32,000 bases of DNA from Aciduliprofundum boonei T469. GTDB taxonomy: Archaea > Thermoplasmatota > Thermoplasmata > Thermoplasmatales > Aciduliprofundaceae. Positions 17,032 to 24,813 of this stretch are shown here, piece by piece. Position numbers and translations under genes: made by a program. The notes below the pieces were generated by a model. That model did no database searches, was not told the DNA's origin, and saw only the letters and a list, made by a program, of their open reading frames with translations. Where the stretch lies: positions 1,110,001 to 1,142,000 of the forward strand of contig NC_013926.1 in assembly GCF_000025665.1 (NCBI RefSeq), given 5' to 3'. Positions within the stretch are counted from its first letter, which is position 1. Every line of letters starts with the position of its first letter.

Positions 17032-19608
17032 ATGTACGATTTCAAGGAGCGAGAGGCTCACTGGCAAGATTTCTGGGAGAAGGAGAAAATTTACAGATTT
17101 GACCCTGAGAGCGATAAACCGATTTTTAGTATAGATGTCCCGCCCCGATATGCAAGTGGAAAACTGCATATAGGCCACGCCACACATTATACTCACATAG
17201 ATTTCATAGCTAGGTACAAGAGAATGCGTGGTTACAATGTATTCTATCCACTCTGTTTTGATGTAAACGGTATGCCTATAGAGGTGAATGTGGAGAAAAA
17301 ATACGGGATAAAAATGCGTGAAACACCAAGGCAAGAGTTCATAAAGCTCTGCGAGGATTTTGCAAATGCAAATATTGGTGAGATGATTCGCCAGTTCAAA
17401 ATTCTTGGAGAGGCGATGGATCCCACAATATACTATCAAACGGATGCCCCTTACTACAGGAGAATTACTCAATTATCCTTTATAAAGATGTTTGAGAAAG
17501 GTCTTGTGTATAAGGCAAAGCATCCTGTAAACTGGTGTCCAAGATGCGGAACTGCCATAGCGGATGCAGAAATAGAGTATCAGAAAAGAAAAACAAAATT
17601 GAATTACGTTCCGTTCAAGGTGGAGGAGGGAGGAGAGATAGTAATAGCCACTACAAGACCTGAGCTTTTGTGCACATGCCAGCTCATTGCTGTGCATCCT
17701 GATGATGAAAGATACAAGGATTTTGTGGGAAAACACGCCATAGTGCCGATATACGGGCAGAAAGTTGAAATTGTGGCGGATGAGAAAGTTGATAAAGATT
17801 TTGGCACAGGAGCTGTTATGATATGCTCCGTTGGTGATAAGGACGATTTAGAGTGGATTTACAAGTATCATCTTAAATTTCTAGAGGGCATAAACGACAA
17901 GGGTGAAATGACAGAATTAGCAGGAAAATATGCAGGAATGCCTGTAGAGGATGCAAGAAAGGCAATAATTGAAGATTTGAAAAATATGGATCTGCTCATA
18001 AAGCAAGATGAAATCGAGCAGAATGTAGGTGTGTGCTGGCGCTGTCATACTCCCATAGAGTTAATCAATAAAGAGCAATGGTTTATCAAAATAAAAGATT
18101 TAAAAGACGAAGTTAAGAAAACAGCGGAAGAGATAAACTGGCATCCAGAGTGGATGAAGAAGAGACTCTACGACTGGGTGGAGTCTCTAGAATGGGACTG
18201 GGTCGTCTCGCGCCAGAGATATTTCGCTACGCCAATTCCTATCTGGGAGTGTGAGAACGGCCATACATTCGTGCCGAAATTCGAGGAGCTGCAGAAGATG
18301 GACAGGCATGTGGATCCCACAATAGACCCTCCACCCTACGAAAAATGCCCTATTTGTGGTGCCCCCCTGCATGGAACAGAGGATGTTTTTGATACTTGGG
18401 TTGATTCTTCCATCTCTCCTCTTTACAACACCTTCTGGGCAAGAGATGATGAAAAATTTGAGAAACTATATCCAATGAGCCTAAGACCTCAAAGCCACGA
18501 CATAATAAGAACATGGGCATTCTATACAATTCTCCGCTGCAAGAGTGTCACTGGAGAGAAACCATGGAAAGATATAGCAATTGATGGATTTATTCTCGCT
18601 CCTGATGGAAGGCCCATGCACACCTCCTGGGGCAATGTTGTTGATCCATTAGAAATTATAGATGAATATGGAGCAGATGCACTTCGATTCTTTGCAGCTA
18701 AATGCACTCCTGGCGAGGATACACCCTTCCGCTATAAAGATACAATTCGAGGTAGAAAAGTCATAATAAAATTGTACAACTTGGGCAAATTTGTTGGTTC
18801 TGCCATCAAAGATGGCATTAAAGAGATACCTATGGAAAAACTTAATTTTATGGATAAGTGGATAATCTCCAAGTACTCGGAGGTTGTGGATGAGGCAACA
18901 AAATATATGGATGAATACAGATATGATAAGGCAGTGAAGCTCGTAGAGAATTTTATGTGGAATGTTTTTGCAGACCACTATGTAGAAATGGTAAAGCACA
19001 GATTAAACGAGGAATCTACAAAGTATACGCTTTACAATGTATTTCTGGGGATAGTGAAAATGTTCGCACCGATTATGCCTCATATAACTGAGGAGATTTA
19101 TCAAGAGCACTACAGAAAATTTGAAGGAGAAAAGAGTGTACATATAACCTCCTGGCCAGAACCAATATTCATAGATGAGATGGCTATCAAAGAGGGAGAG
19201 AAAGTCAAAAACATTATAGCAGAAATTCGCAGGTGGAAAAATGAGAATAAGAAAGAAATTAAAGAGATCATTATTGAGGGAATTGAACACGGCATTGAAG
19301 ATATCGAGGGGACATTCAAATGCAAAATATCCACTGAGATCGAGGGAGAGATTGAAGATGTTGTTTCTTCATTACAGCCAAATTTCGCAGTAATTGGCCC
19401 AAGATTCAGGGATAAGGCAAAGGAGATTATAGAATTTATAAAATCTTCAGATCCTCAAAAACTTTGGAACGATATTCAGAGAGGCAAGGCTGAGATAAAC
19501 AGCGTGAAAATAACGGAGGATATGGTAAAAGTGCAGAGGAAAAAAGTATACAGAGGAAAGGAAGTTGCAGTACTCAATGTGGATGATGTGGTGGCTTTGA
19601 TTCTCTAA
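17032..19608 (+). CDS. valS: Valyl-tRNA synthetase.
   Basis: 858 aa. The HIGH region is GKLHIGHA. The archaeal ValRS CP1/editing motifs are ATTRPELL...AVHPDDERY...FGTGAVMICSVGDKDD. The anticodon-binding C-terminus is present. The KMSKS position reads PMHTS (see findings). Confidence 0.9.
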   Translation: MYDFKEREAHWQDFWEKEKIYRFDPESDKPIFSIDVPPRYASGKLHIGHATHYTHIDFIARYKRMRGYNVFYPLCFDVNGMPIEVNVEKKYGIKMRETPRQEFIKLCEDFANANIGEMIRQFKILGEAMDPTIYYQTDAPYYRRITQLSFIKMFEKGLVYKAKHPVNWCPRCGTAIADAEIEYQKRKTKLNYVPFKVEEGGEIVIATTRPELLCTCQLIAVHPDDERYKDFVGKHAIVPIYGQKVEIVADEKVDKDFGTGAVMICSVGDKDDLEWIYKYHLKFLEGINDKGEMTELAGKYAGMPVEDARKAIIEDLKNMDLLIKQDEIEQNVGVCWRCHTPIELINKEQWFIKIKDLKDEVKKTAEEINWHPEWMKKRLYDWVESLEWDWVVSRQRYFATPIPIWECENGHTFVPKFEELQKMDRHVDPTIDPPPYEKCPICGAPLHGTEDVFDTWVDSSISPLYNTFWARDDEKFEKLYPMSLRPQSHDIIRTWAFYTILRCKSVTGEKPWKDIAIDGFILAPDGRPMHTSWGNVVDPLEIIDEYGADALRFFAAKCTPGEDTPFRYKDTIRGRKVIIKLYNLGKFVGSAIKDGIKEIPMEKLNFMDKWIISKYSEVVDEATKYMDEYRYDKAVKLVENFMWNVFADHYVEMVKHRLNEESTKYTLYNVFLGIVKMFAPIMPHITEEIYQEHYRKFEGEKSVHITSWPEPIFIDEMAIKEGEKVKNIIAEIRRWKNENKKEIKEIIIEGIEHGIEDIEGTFKCKISTEIEGEIEDVVSSLQPNFAVIGPRFRDKAKEIIEFIKSSDPQKLWNDIQRGKAEINSVKITEDMVKVQRKKVYRGKEVAVLNVDDVVALIL

Positions 19609-20321
19609 ACCTTTCCGTGAAACAAGATGGATATTAATCTCTCCAAATAATCTTTCCTATCAATTATTTTTCTGAGCTTTTCAATTGTTCTTTCCACTGG
19701 ATAATCTAAGCGTTTTAACTCAAATTTTCCGTCTTCGTATATTGCATAAGAAACTCTGGGATCTCCATCTCTTGGCTGTCCTGCACTTCCGGGATTCAGA
19801 TACACCATTCCATTATACTCTCCAAGTACTGGAAAATGAGTGTGTCCGAAGAGAAGATAATCCGTAGTTATAACTCCCCCAAGCTCATTTCTCATACACT
19901 CTGGCATAAAATCAAACATGTATCCGTAGAGTGGATCTGCAGGGCACGCATGCACAAACAGATAATCTTTCCCATAAATTTTGCTCTCTTTCTTCACAGG
20001 CAATGTTCTTAAAAATTGTAGGTCTTCCTTGCTCAAAAGTTTCTGCGTTATATTTTCCCTTGTATAAACACTCAAATCATGGGTTTTTTCTCCACATTTA
20101 CAATCAACACCAAAAGCATTGGCATAGTCATGATTCCCTGTGATCCAAACCTCCGGCTTTAAATCCCTAAGTGTGTCCAGCACGAGATGTGGCTCCGGCC
20201 CATAATCTGTTAAATCTCCCAGAAACCATACTGCATCGTATTTTTCTTTCTCAAGAATTAAAGTAAGGGAGTCATAGTTGCCATGAATGTCGCTTAATAC
20301 CAAGATGCGCATGGTCCTCAC
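19605..20321 (-). CDS. Metallophosphoesterase (calcineurin-like, MJ0936/YfcE-type).
   Basis: The motifs are DIHGN, GDLTDYG, GNHD, GHTH and LNPGSAGQPRDGDPR. 238 aa. Confidence 0.85.
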   Translation of the reverse strand: MRTMRILVLSDIHGNYDSLTLILEKEKYDAVWFLGDLTDYGPEPHLVLDTLRDLKPEVWITGNHDYANAFGVDCKCGEKTHDLSVYTRENITQKLLSKEDLQFLRTLPVKKESKIYGKDYLFVHACPADPLYGYMFDFMPECMRNELGGVITTDYLLFGHTHFPVLGEYNGMVYLNPGSAGQPRDGDPRVSYAIYEDGKFELKRLDYPVERTIEKLRKIIDRKDYLERLISILFHGKV

Positions 20322-20926
20322 TCCATTTCGAATTTGATGATCCTGCCTTTTAGTCCTTGGTTGAATATGCGAGTATGTCTGAATGATATGGGATACTCTT
20401 CAACGATTTCACTGTATATATCATCATCTAGCAGATAGACCTCTCTTATCTCCACAAGACCCTCATCAAAGTTAGCCGTATAAGCCATTAATCTCTTATC
20501 TGCAAGGTAATTTCTTATGTCCTCATCCTCGCGAAGCACATCTAGACCCACTTTTACATAAGTGTAAAGATGGAACAGAAAATCTGTATCAATTTCTCTC
20601 TTTGCCAATGCTTCAAAGAACTCATGCAAAATTTCTCTCAACTTGTCAAACTCTTTGCTTCCTCCAATAAACACCGCTATCAGATTAGGATGGTACTTTT
20701 CAAGCTCTTCAGCCAAGGACTCATAGTTATCATCTATCACAAAGTACCTGCATTCTCCACCAGTGGCAGATATGTAAGAAGATTCCATAGAAGAGCCAAT
20801 AGCTGTGCAAAGCACATTCTTCATTGCAACAAATGCAACTCTATTGTAGCCCAATAGGGCCCTATATCCTACCACTTGCCCTGTCAATACCCTCAATTCT
20901 GCAATCTCATCAAACTTCAGTGGCAT
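20318..20926 (-). CDS. Hypothetical protein (202 aa), translationally coupled to the metallophosphoesterase.
   Basis: The ORF is intact with a 4-nt overlap onto the downstream gene. I recognise no motif. Confidence 0.5.
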   Translation of the reverse strand: MPLKFDEIAELRVLTGQVVGYRALLGYNRVAFVAMKNVLCTAIGSSMESSYISATGGECRYFVIDDNYESLAEELEKYHPNLIAVFIGGSKEFDKLREILHEFFEALAKREIDTDFLFHLYTYVKVGLDVLREDEDIRNYLADKRLMAYTANFDEGLVEIREVYLLDDDIYSEIVEEYPISFRHTRIFNQGLKGRIIKFEME

Positions 20927-21008
20927 AATATCACCTTCAAATCTTTATAGTTGCCACCTATATATTATTTCTGCCTAAATACTCCGCAATAATCCTTTAA
21001 AAGTTGAG

Positions 21009-21016
21009 TTTAAATA
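21009..21016 (+). promoter_or_regulatory. TATA-like box for the pentapeptide/K+ channel gene.
   Basis: tttaaata is centred about 26 nt upstream of ATG 21039. Confidence 0.4.
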
Positions 21017-21038
21017 TGATGAAAAATTATAATTTCCT

Positions 21039-21926
21039 ATGTGTAAGCTTGCCCATTATGGCAACTGTGACGAAGAAACAAAAGATGATGAGTATTGCAT
21101 TTTTCATAAGCCGAATAAAACTGATGAGGAGGCAAAGAAATTTTATGAAATGTTAATTTTAAAATATAAACCCGAAACGGAAGAAACATATGATGATGTT
21201 ATTGGGTTCTTTGATAGATTCATCTTTGACGGGAACATTAACTTTAGTGGATTCGTATTTCCTGAAATTCCAGAGGATTGCAATTTTACTTTTAGGGAAA
21301 TAGAGTTCAGAGGTGATGTTAAATTTGATGATGCTGTGTTTGAATTTACTCCTGAATTTAACAACTCTCAGTTTGATTTTGCTTCCTTCAATGGTACCCA
21401 ATTTAAAAAAGGTGCGGATTTTACACACTCCCATTTTAAAAAGAGTGTTTGGTTTCGTAATACTAAATTTTATGATATCACCGTTCTTGGTCTATCCACT
21501 TTTGAAGAAATGGTATTTGCGGAGAATATTTATTTTGATACACATTGTTTTTCATTTTCAACTTTTAAAAAGGGGGTTGATTTTAAGGGTATAAGCGGCA
21601 AAAGGATAGAACTTATTAGAACTAAATTTTATGGGCCGGCTTTGTTTTCAATTGACTCTGTAAAAGATATGAGATTAGACGGAGCTACTTTTGAGGATTC
21701 TCTTCTCTTTGTGCCTTTCGGAAGTGGAGGAGAGATTGGGGAAATAAGCTTTAATTTCACTCAATTTAATAAAGATTTATCTCTTGAGTTTGTTTTAGAG
21801 AAAATAGAAAATCTGGTAAGTAGAGCAGAAGCCTGCAGAGTTCAAAGAAAAATCTATGAAAGAGAAGATGGGAGAGATCTAGCTGACGATTTGTTTCGTA
21901 AAGGGGTGAGTTGCAACCCCACATAA
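21039..21926 (+). CDS. N-terminal fragment carrying the Cys/His cluster and pentapeptide-repeat domain. The last about 8 codons are read from the IS.
   Basis: The start is MCKLAHYGNCDEETKDDEYCIFHKPNK. It is followed by about 200 aa with 5-residue periodicity centred on F/L, for example FDDAVFEFTPEFNNSQFDFASFNGTQFKKGADFTHSHFKKSVWFRNTKF. Confidence 0.7.
   Translation: MCKLAHYGNCDEETKDDEYCIFHKPNKTDEEAKKFYEMLILKYKPETEETYDDVIGFFDRFIFDGNINFSGFVFPEIPEDCNFTFREIEFRGDVKFDDAVFEFTPEFNNSQFDFASFNGTQFKKGADFTHSHFKKSVWFRNTKFYDITVLGLSTFEEMVFAENIYFDTHCFSFSTFKKGVDFKGISGKRIELIRTKFYGPALFSIDSVKDMRLDGATFEDSLLFVPFGSGGEIGEISFNFTQFNKDLSLEFVLEKIENLVSRAEACRVQRKIYEREDGRDLADDLFRKGVSCNPT
21896..21903. repeat. Left 8-bp target-site duplication of IS copy B (TCGTAAAG).
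   Basis: It is identical to 22841-22848. Confidence 0.85.
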
Positions 21927-22840
21927 AAATAAAATAGGGGATATAAATAAAGGATGAGCAGGAAATTAGACCTGTACAAGGTTGTGAAAATGGGGATGAA
22001 AGCTCTAAAGAGAGCAAATATTCCTCTTTACTGGAGCAAGTACTCTAGGAAAGATTACACTCTGCACCAGCACATGATGCTGATAGTGCTGACACAGTAT
22101 GTGGGAAGTATAGAAAGAATGCTCCAGATTGTGCGAGAAATGAGAAAGATAAAGAGGGTAATGAGATTGAAGAAAATCCCCCATAAAAGCACAATTTCAA
22201 GAGAGTTGAGAAGAATACCAGAACGATGGATTCGCATTGTGCTTAGAGAAATAGTGAAAATAATGGGAATACCCAATAAATTTGCAGTGGATTCCACAGG
22301 TATTCAAATTTATTACCGTTCATACTACTACACACAGCGAATCGGAGAAGTAGGAAAAATAAGAGAAGGATTGAAATTGCATGCTGCTGTGGATATTGAG
22401 AGGAAGCTCATTACCAATGCAATAGTTACAAAATGGCACACTAACGATTCACCGTACCTCATTCCTCTTTTGGAGGAAGAGAGAGTAAAAGAAGTGTATG
22501 CAGATAAGGGCTATGATTCTCTACGTAACATACGATTTGTTCTGAATAAAGGAGGAACTCCATACATAGCAATCCGTAATAAAGCAAGAAGAGGATTGCG
22601 AAGGAGATTGTTAGAAAAGAGCAAATCACCTGACTGGAAAAAGAAGTACTCGCATAGAAATGTAATTGAATCAGTCTTCCACTCTTTCAAAAGAGTTGTT
22701 GGAGATTACATATTTTCCCATTCTTTCTCTGGTGCTTCTAAACTCCTGCTCTTCAAAGTTCTTGCCTATGATCTCTATGTCTAATCCTTCCTTATTTTTA
22801 TTCTTCTTTTTTCATGTTTTTCGAGGAATTCAACTTATCC
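21904..22840 (+). mobile_element. 937-bp insertion sequence, copy B, apparently identical to copy A.
   Basis: The offset to copy A is a constant 18371 nt. The transposase ORF and the antisense ORF are identical in the track, and every stretch I spot-checked, including both ends, is identical. Confidence 0.9.
21954..22784 (+). CDS. DDE transposase (identical to 3583-4413).
   Basis: The 276-aa translation is identical to copy A. Confidence 0.9.
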   Translation: MSRKLDLYKVVKMGMKALKRANIPLYWSKYSRKDYTLHQHMMLIVLTQYVGSIERMLQIVREMRKIKRVMRLKKIPHKSTISRELRRIPERWIRIVLREIVKIMGIPNKFAVDSTGIQIYYRSYYYTQRIGEVGKIREGLKLHAAVDIERKLITNAIVTKWHTNDSPYLIPLLEEERVKEVYADKGYDSLRNIRFVLNKGGTPYIAIRNKARRGLRRRLLEKSKSPDWKKKYSHRNVIESVFHSFKRVVGDYIFSHSFSGASKLLLFKVLAYDLYV

Positions 22841-22848
22841 TCGTAAAG
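22841..22848. repeat. Right 8-bp target-site duplication of IS copy B (TCGTAAAG).
   Basis: It is identical to 21896-21903. Confidence 0.85.
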
Positions 22849-22874
22849 AAAAAAGATATTTAAGAAAAGCAAGA

Positions 22875-23255
22875 TTGGAAAATATAAAAAATTCTAAAAA
22901 ACCAGTATTTTCCAAAATTAAAGATTACATATTCACTATTTTTAGTGTAGGGATTGAGTTTTTACTGGCCGATTTGACCTGCGAATATGGAACAAACTGG
23001 AAGCGTCCCGTTTGGCTATGGGTAGGAGCTGTACTAGTTGTGTTTCCTCTTTTATATTGGTTCTTAGGTGGAATTGTAGGTGCTTCTAGCCCTTGGGATT
23101 ATTGGTATTTCAGTATCGTTACAGCCACAACTCTCGGATATGGAGATATGCACCCGATAGGATATGCAAAAGTATTTGCCTCCTTAGAAGCAATCTTTGG
23201 AATGTTTATGTGGGCAGTGTTCTTAACGGTGTTTGCAAGGAAATATATGAGATAA
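22875..23255 (+). CDS. C-terminal fragment: 2TM K+ channel pore domain. It has only a TTG start in its present state.
   Basis: TM1 is WLWVGAVLVVFPLLYWFLGGIV. The pore helix plus selectivity filter is WYFSIVTATTLGYGD. TM2 is VFASLEAIFGMFMWAVFLTVFA. Confidence 0.75.
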   Translation: MENIKNSKKPVFSKIKDYIFTIFSVGIEFLLADLTCEYGTNWKRPVWLWVGAVLVVFPLLYWFLGGIVGASSPWDYWYFSIVTATTLGYGDMHPIGYAKVFASLEAIFGMFMWAVFLTVFARKYMR

Positions 23256-23310
23256 AAACACAGAGCATTTATTCTAAAAAACATTAAATCAATGTAGATA
23301 ATTCCCCGGT

Positions 23311-24078
23311 ATGCATATGAAATTCGTAATAGACATGGATGGCGTGCTTTATCGGGGGAATAGAAAAATAGAGGGTGCGGATACTTTCATAAAATTCTTA
23401 CAGGATAATAGCGTCCCCTTTCTTCTCGCCACTAACAATTCCACAAAAACAAGAGAGATGTATGTGGAAAAACTAAAAAATATGGGAATAAAAGTAAAAG
23501 AGAAGAATATCATAACATCCGCCTATGTGACGGCAGAAGTTCTAAAAAAAGAGGAAAATAGAGCTTCTGCACTCATAATTGGTGAGATAGGAATATTCGA
23601 AGAGATAAAGAGAATTGGATGGGGCATCCTTGATTTAAAAAATTGGAGCAAAGCGGAATATGTTATAGTAGGCATGGATACTACCTTAACTTACGAGAAG
23701 CTAAAGGCAGGATGTTTGGCCATAAATAACGGGGCAAAATTCATTGCCACGAATGATGACAAAAATTTCCCGTCAGAGGAGGGGCTGATTCCCGGAGCAG
23801 GGAGTATGGTGGCCGCCTTGGAAGCAGCAACGGGAAAAAAAGCCAGAGTTATGGGAAAGCCCAATGAGCCCTATGTGAATATGATAAAATCCTTACTAGG
23901 AAGTGAAGATATATGGGTTGTAGGTGATAGAATTGAGACTGATATGCTTCTCGCAGAAAAATTAGGAGCAAAAAAAGTACTAGTGCTGAGCGGTGTTACA
24001 AAAGAACCCGTAAAAAATGTGGATTATGTTATAAATGATGTGGGCAGGCTCCCAGCCCTGCTTGCTTCTATTCTCTGA
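23311..24078 (+). CDS. HAD-superfamily hydrolase, subfamily IIA (NagD-like sugar phosphatase).
   Basis: The motifs are DMDGVLY, LLATNNST, GKPN and VVGDRIETD. The start may be ATG 23317 (MKFVIDMDG). Confidence 0.85.
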   Translation: MHMKFVIDMDGVLYRGNRKIEGADTFIKFLQDNSVPFLLATNNSTKTREMYVEKLKNMGIKVKEKNIITSAYVTAEVLKKEENRASALIIGEIGIFEEIKRIGWGILDLKNWSKAEYVIVGMDTTLTYEKLKAGCLAINNGAKFIATNDDKNFPSEEGLIPGAGSMVAALEAATGKKARVMGKPNEPYVNMIKSLLGSEDIWVVGDRIETDMLLAEKLGAKKVLVLSGVTKEPVKNVDYVINDVGRLPALLASIL

Positions 24079-24727
24079 TAACTTTTTCTTTTAGCACCCC
24101 TATTCCCTCTATCCAAGCTTCTATTTCATCTCCATTCTCTATTCTCCCCACTCCGCTTGGTGTGCCTGTAGCAATTATATCTCCAGGTTCCAGAGTCATT
24201 ATGGAAGAAATGTAAGAAATTATCTCAGGTATTTTGAATATCATCCGAGCTGTATTTCCCTTCTGCCTTATCTCTCCATTAACTTTTAATCCTATTTCCA
24301 AATTATGGGGGTCTATTTCCCCATCCACAACTCTTGGCCCTATCGGTGCAAAGGTATCGTATCCCTTGCTCACGCTCCAAGGCAAGCCCTTTTTCTTTGC
24401 CTCGTCCTGCAAATCCCGAGCAGTTATATCCAATAAAATGGTATATCCAAGCACATAATCCATGGCTTTTTCTATTTTTACATTCTTTGCTTTCTGTGAA
24501 ATTATAACTGCAAGTTCAACCTCATGATGAACATTTTTACTATCTTTAGGCAAAATTATAGTTTCATCGGGGCCAATCAAAGCAGATGGAGGCTTGAGGA
24601 AAATAACAGGTCTGCTTGGAACTTCACTTTTCATTTCTTTGGCATGTTCTGCATAATTCCTGCCCAAACATACAATCTTTGAAGGCTTAATCTCCAAAGT
24701 TTCATCTTCAAATTCAAGAAGTACCAT
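24068..24727 (-). CDS. Fumarylacetoacetate hydrolase (FAH) family protein.
   Basis: The motifs are CLGRNYAEHAKEM, HHEVELAVII, DITARDLQ and PGDIIATGTPSGVG. The track ORF extends to 24778, but M18 (MVLLEFEDE) at 24727 is the more plausible start. Confidence 0.82.
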   Translation of the reverse strand: MVLLEFEDETLEIKPSKIVCLGRNYAEHAKEMKSEVPSRPVIFLKPPSALIGPDETIILPKDSKNVHHEVELAVIISQKAKNVKIEKAMDYVLGYTILLDITARDLQDEAKKKGLPWSVSKGYDTFAPIGPRVVDGEIDPHNLEIGLKVNGEIRQKGNTARMIFKIPEIISYISSIMTLEPGDIIATGTPSGVGRIENGDEIEAWIEGIGVLKEKVIRE

Positions 24728-24783
24728 AAGAGGAAAATATAGACAATGGTTAAAGATTTTTCTGCAAATTTTCCACAAAAAGA

Positions 24784-24793
24784 TTAATATAAA
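24784..24793 (+). promoter_or_regulatory. TATA box for the DUF373 gene.
   Basis: ttaatataaa is centred about 26 nt upstream of GTG 24814. Confidence 0.4.
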
Positions 24794-24813
24794 TTAAAGT
24801 ACATTTAGAGAGC

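Larger units (their letters stand above)
21039..23255 (+). pseudogene. Fusion gene of a Cys/His cluster, pentapeptide repeats and a 2TM K+ channel pore, interrupted by IS copy B. The halves 21039-21903 and 22849-23255 rejoin in frame to about 423 aa.
   Basis: Removing the IS and one TSD copy gives ...gat ttg ttt cgt aaa gaa aaa aga tat tta aga aaa gca aga ttg gaa aat..., which reads ...DLFRKEKRYLRKARLENIKNSKKPVF... This runs straight into the channel ORF in the same frame. Confidence 0.85.

Noticed and set aside
17017-17472. A 151-aa minus-strand ORF overlaps the valS 5' end and its promoter.
   Set aside because: It is antisense to the HIGH-motif region of valS and has no recognisable features, so it is a shadow ORF.
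21016-21124. There are C-box-like ATGATGA motifs (21016, about 21084) and CTGA motifs near the start of the pentapeptide gene, which might indicate a C/D box sRNA.
   Set aside because: The spacing does not fit the C-D'-C'-D layout of a 50-60 nt archaeal sRNA. The motifs are inside or overlap a coding region and are expected by chance in A/G-rich sequence.
21016-21156. A 46-codon ORF (MMKNYNFLCVSLPIMATV...) starts at the ATGATG that overlaps the start of the pentapeptide gene in another frame.
   Set aside because: It begins upstream of the position expected for the TSS given the TATA-like box at 21009-21016. It has no motif, so it is probably fortuitous.
3533-22840. The two IS copies might form a composite transposon carrying the intervening 17.4 kb.
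   Set aside because: Each copy has its own matched 8-bp TSD, so these are independent insertions. The outer flanks (3525-3532 and 22841-22848) do not match each other. The cargo is core replication and translation genes.
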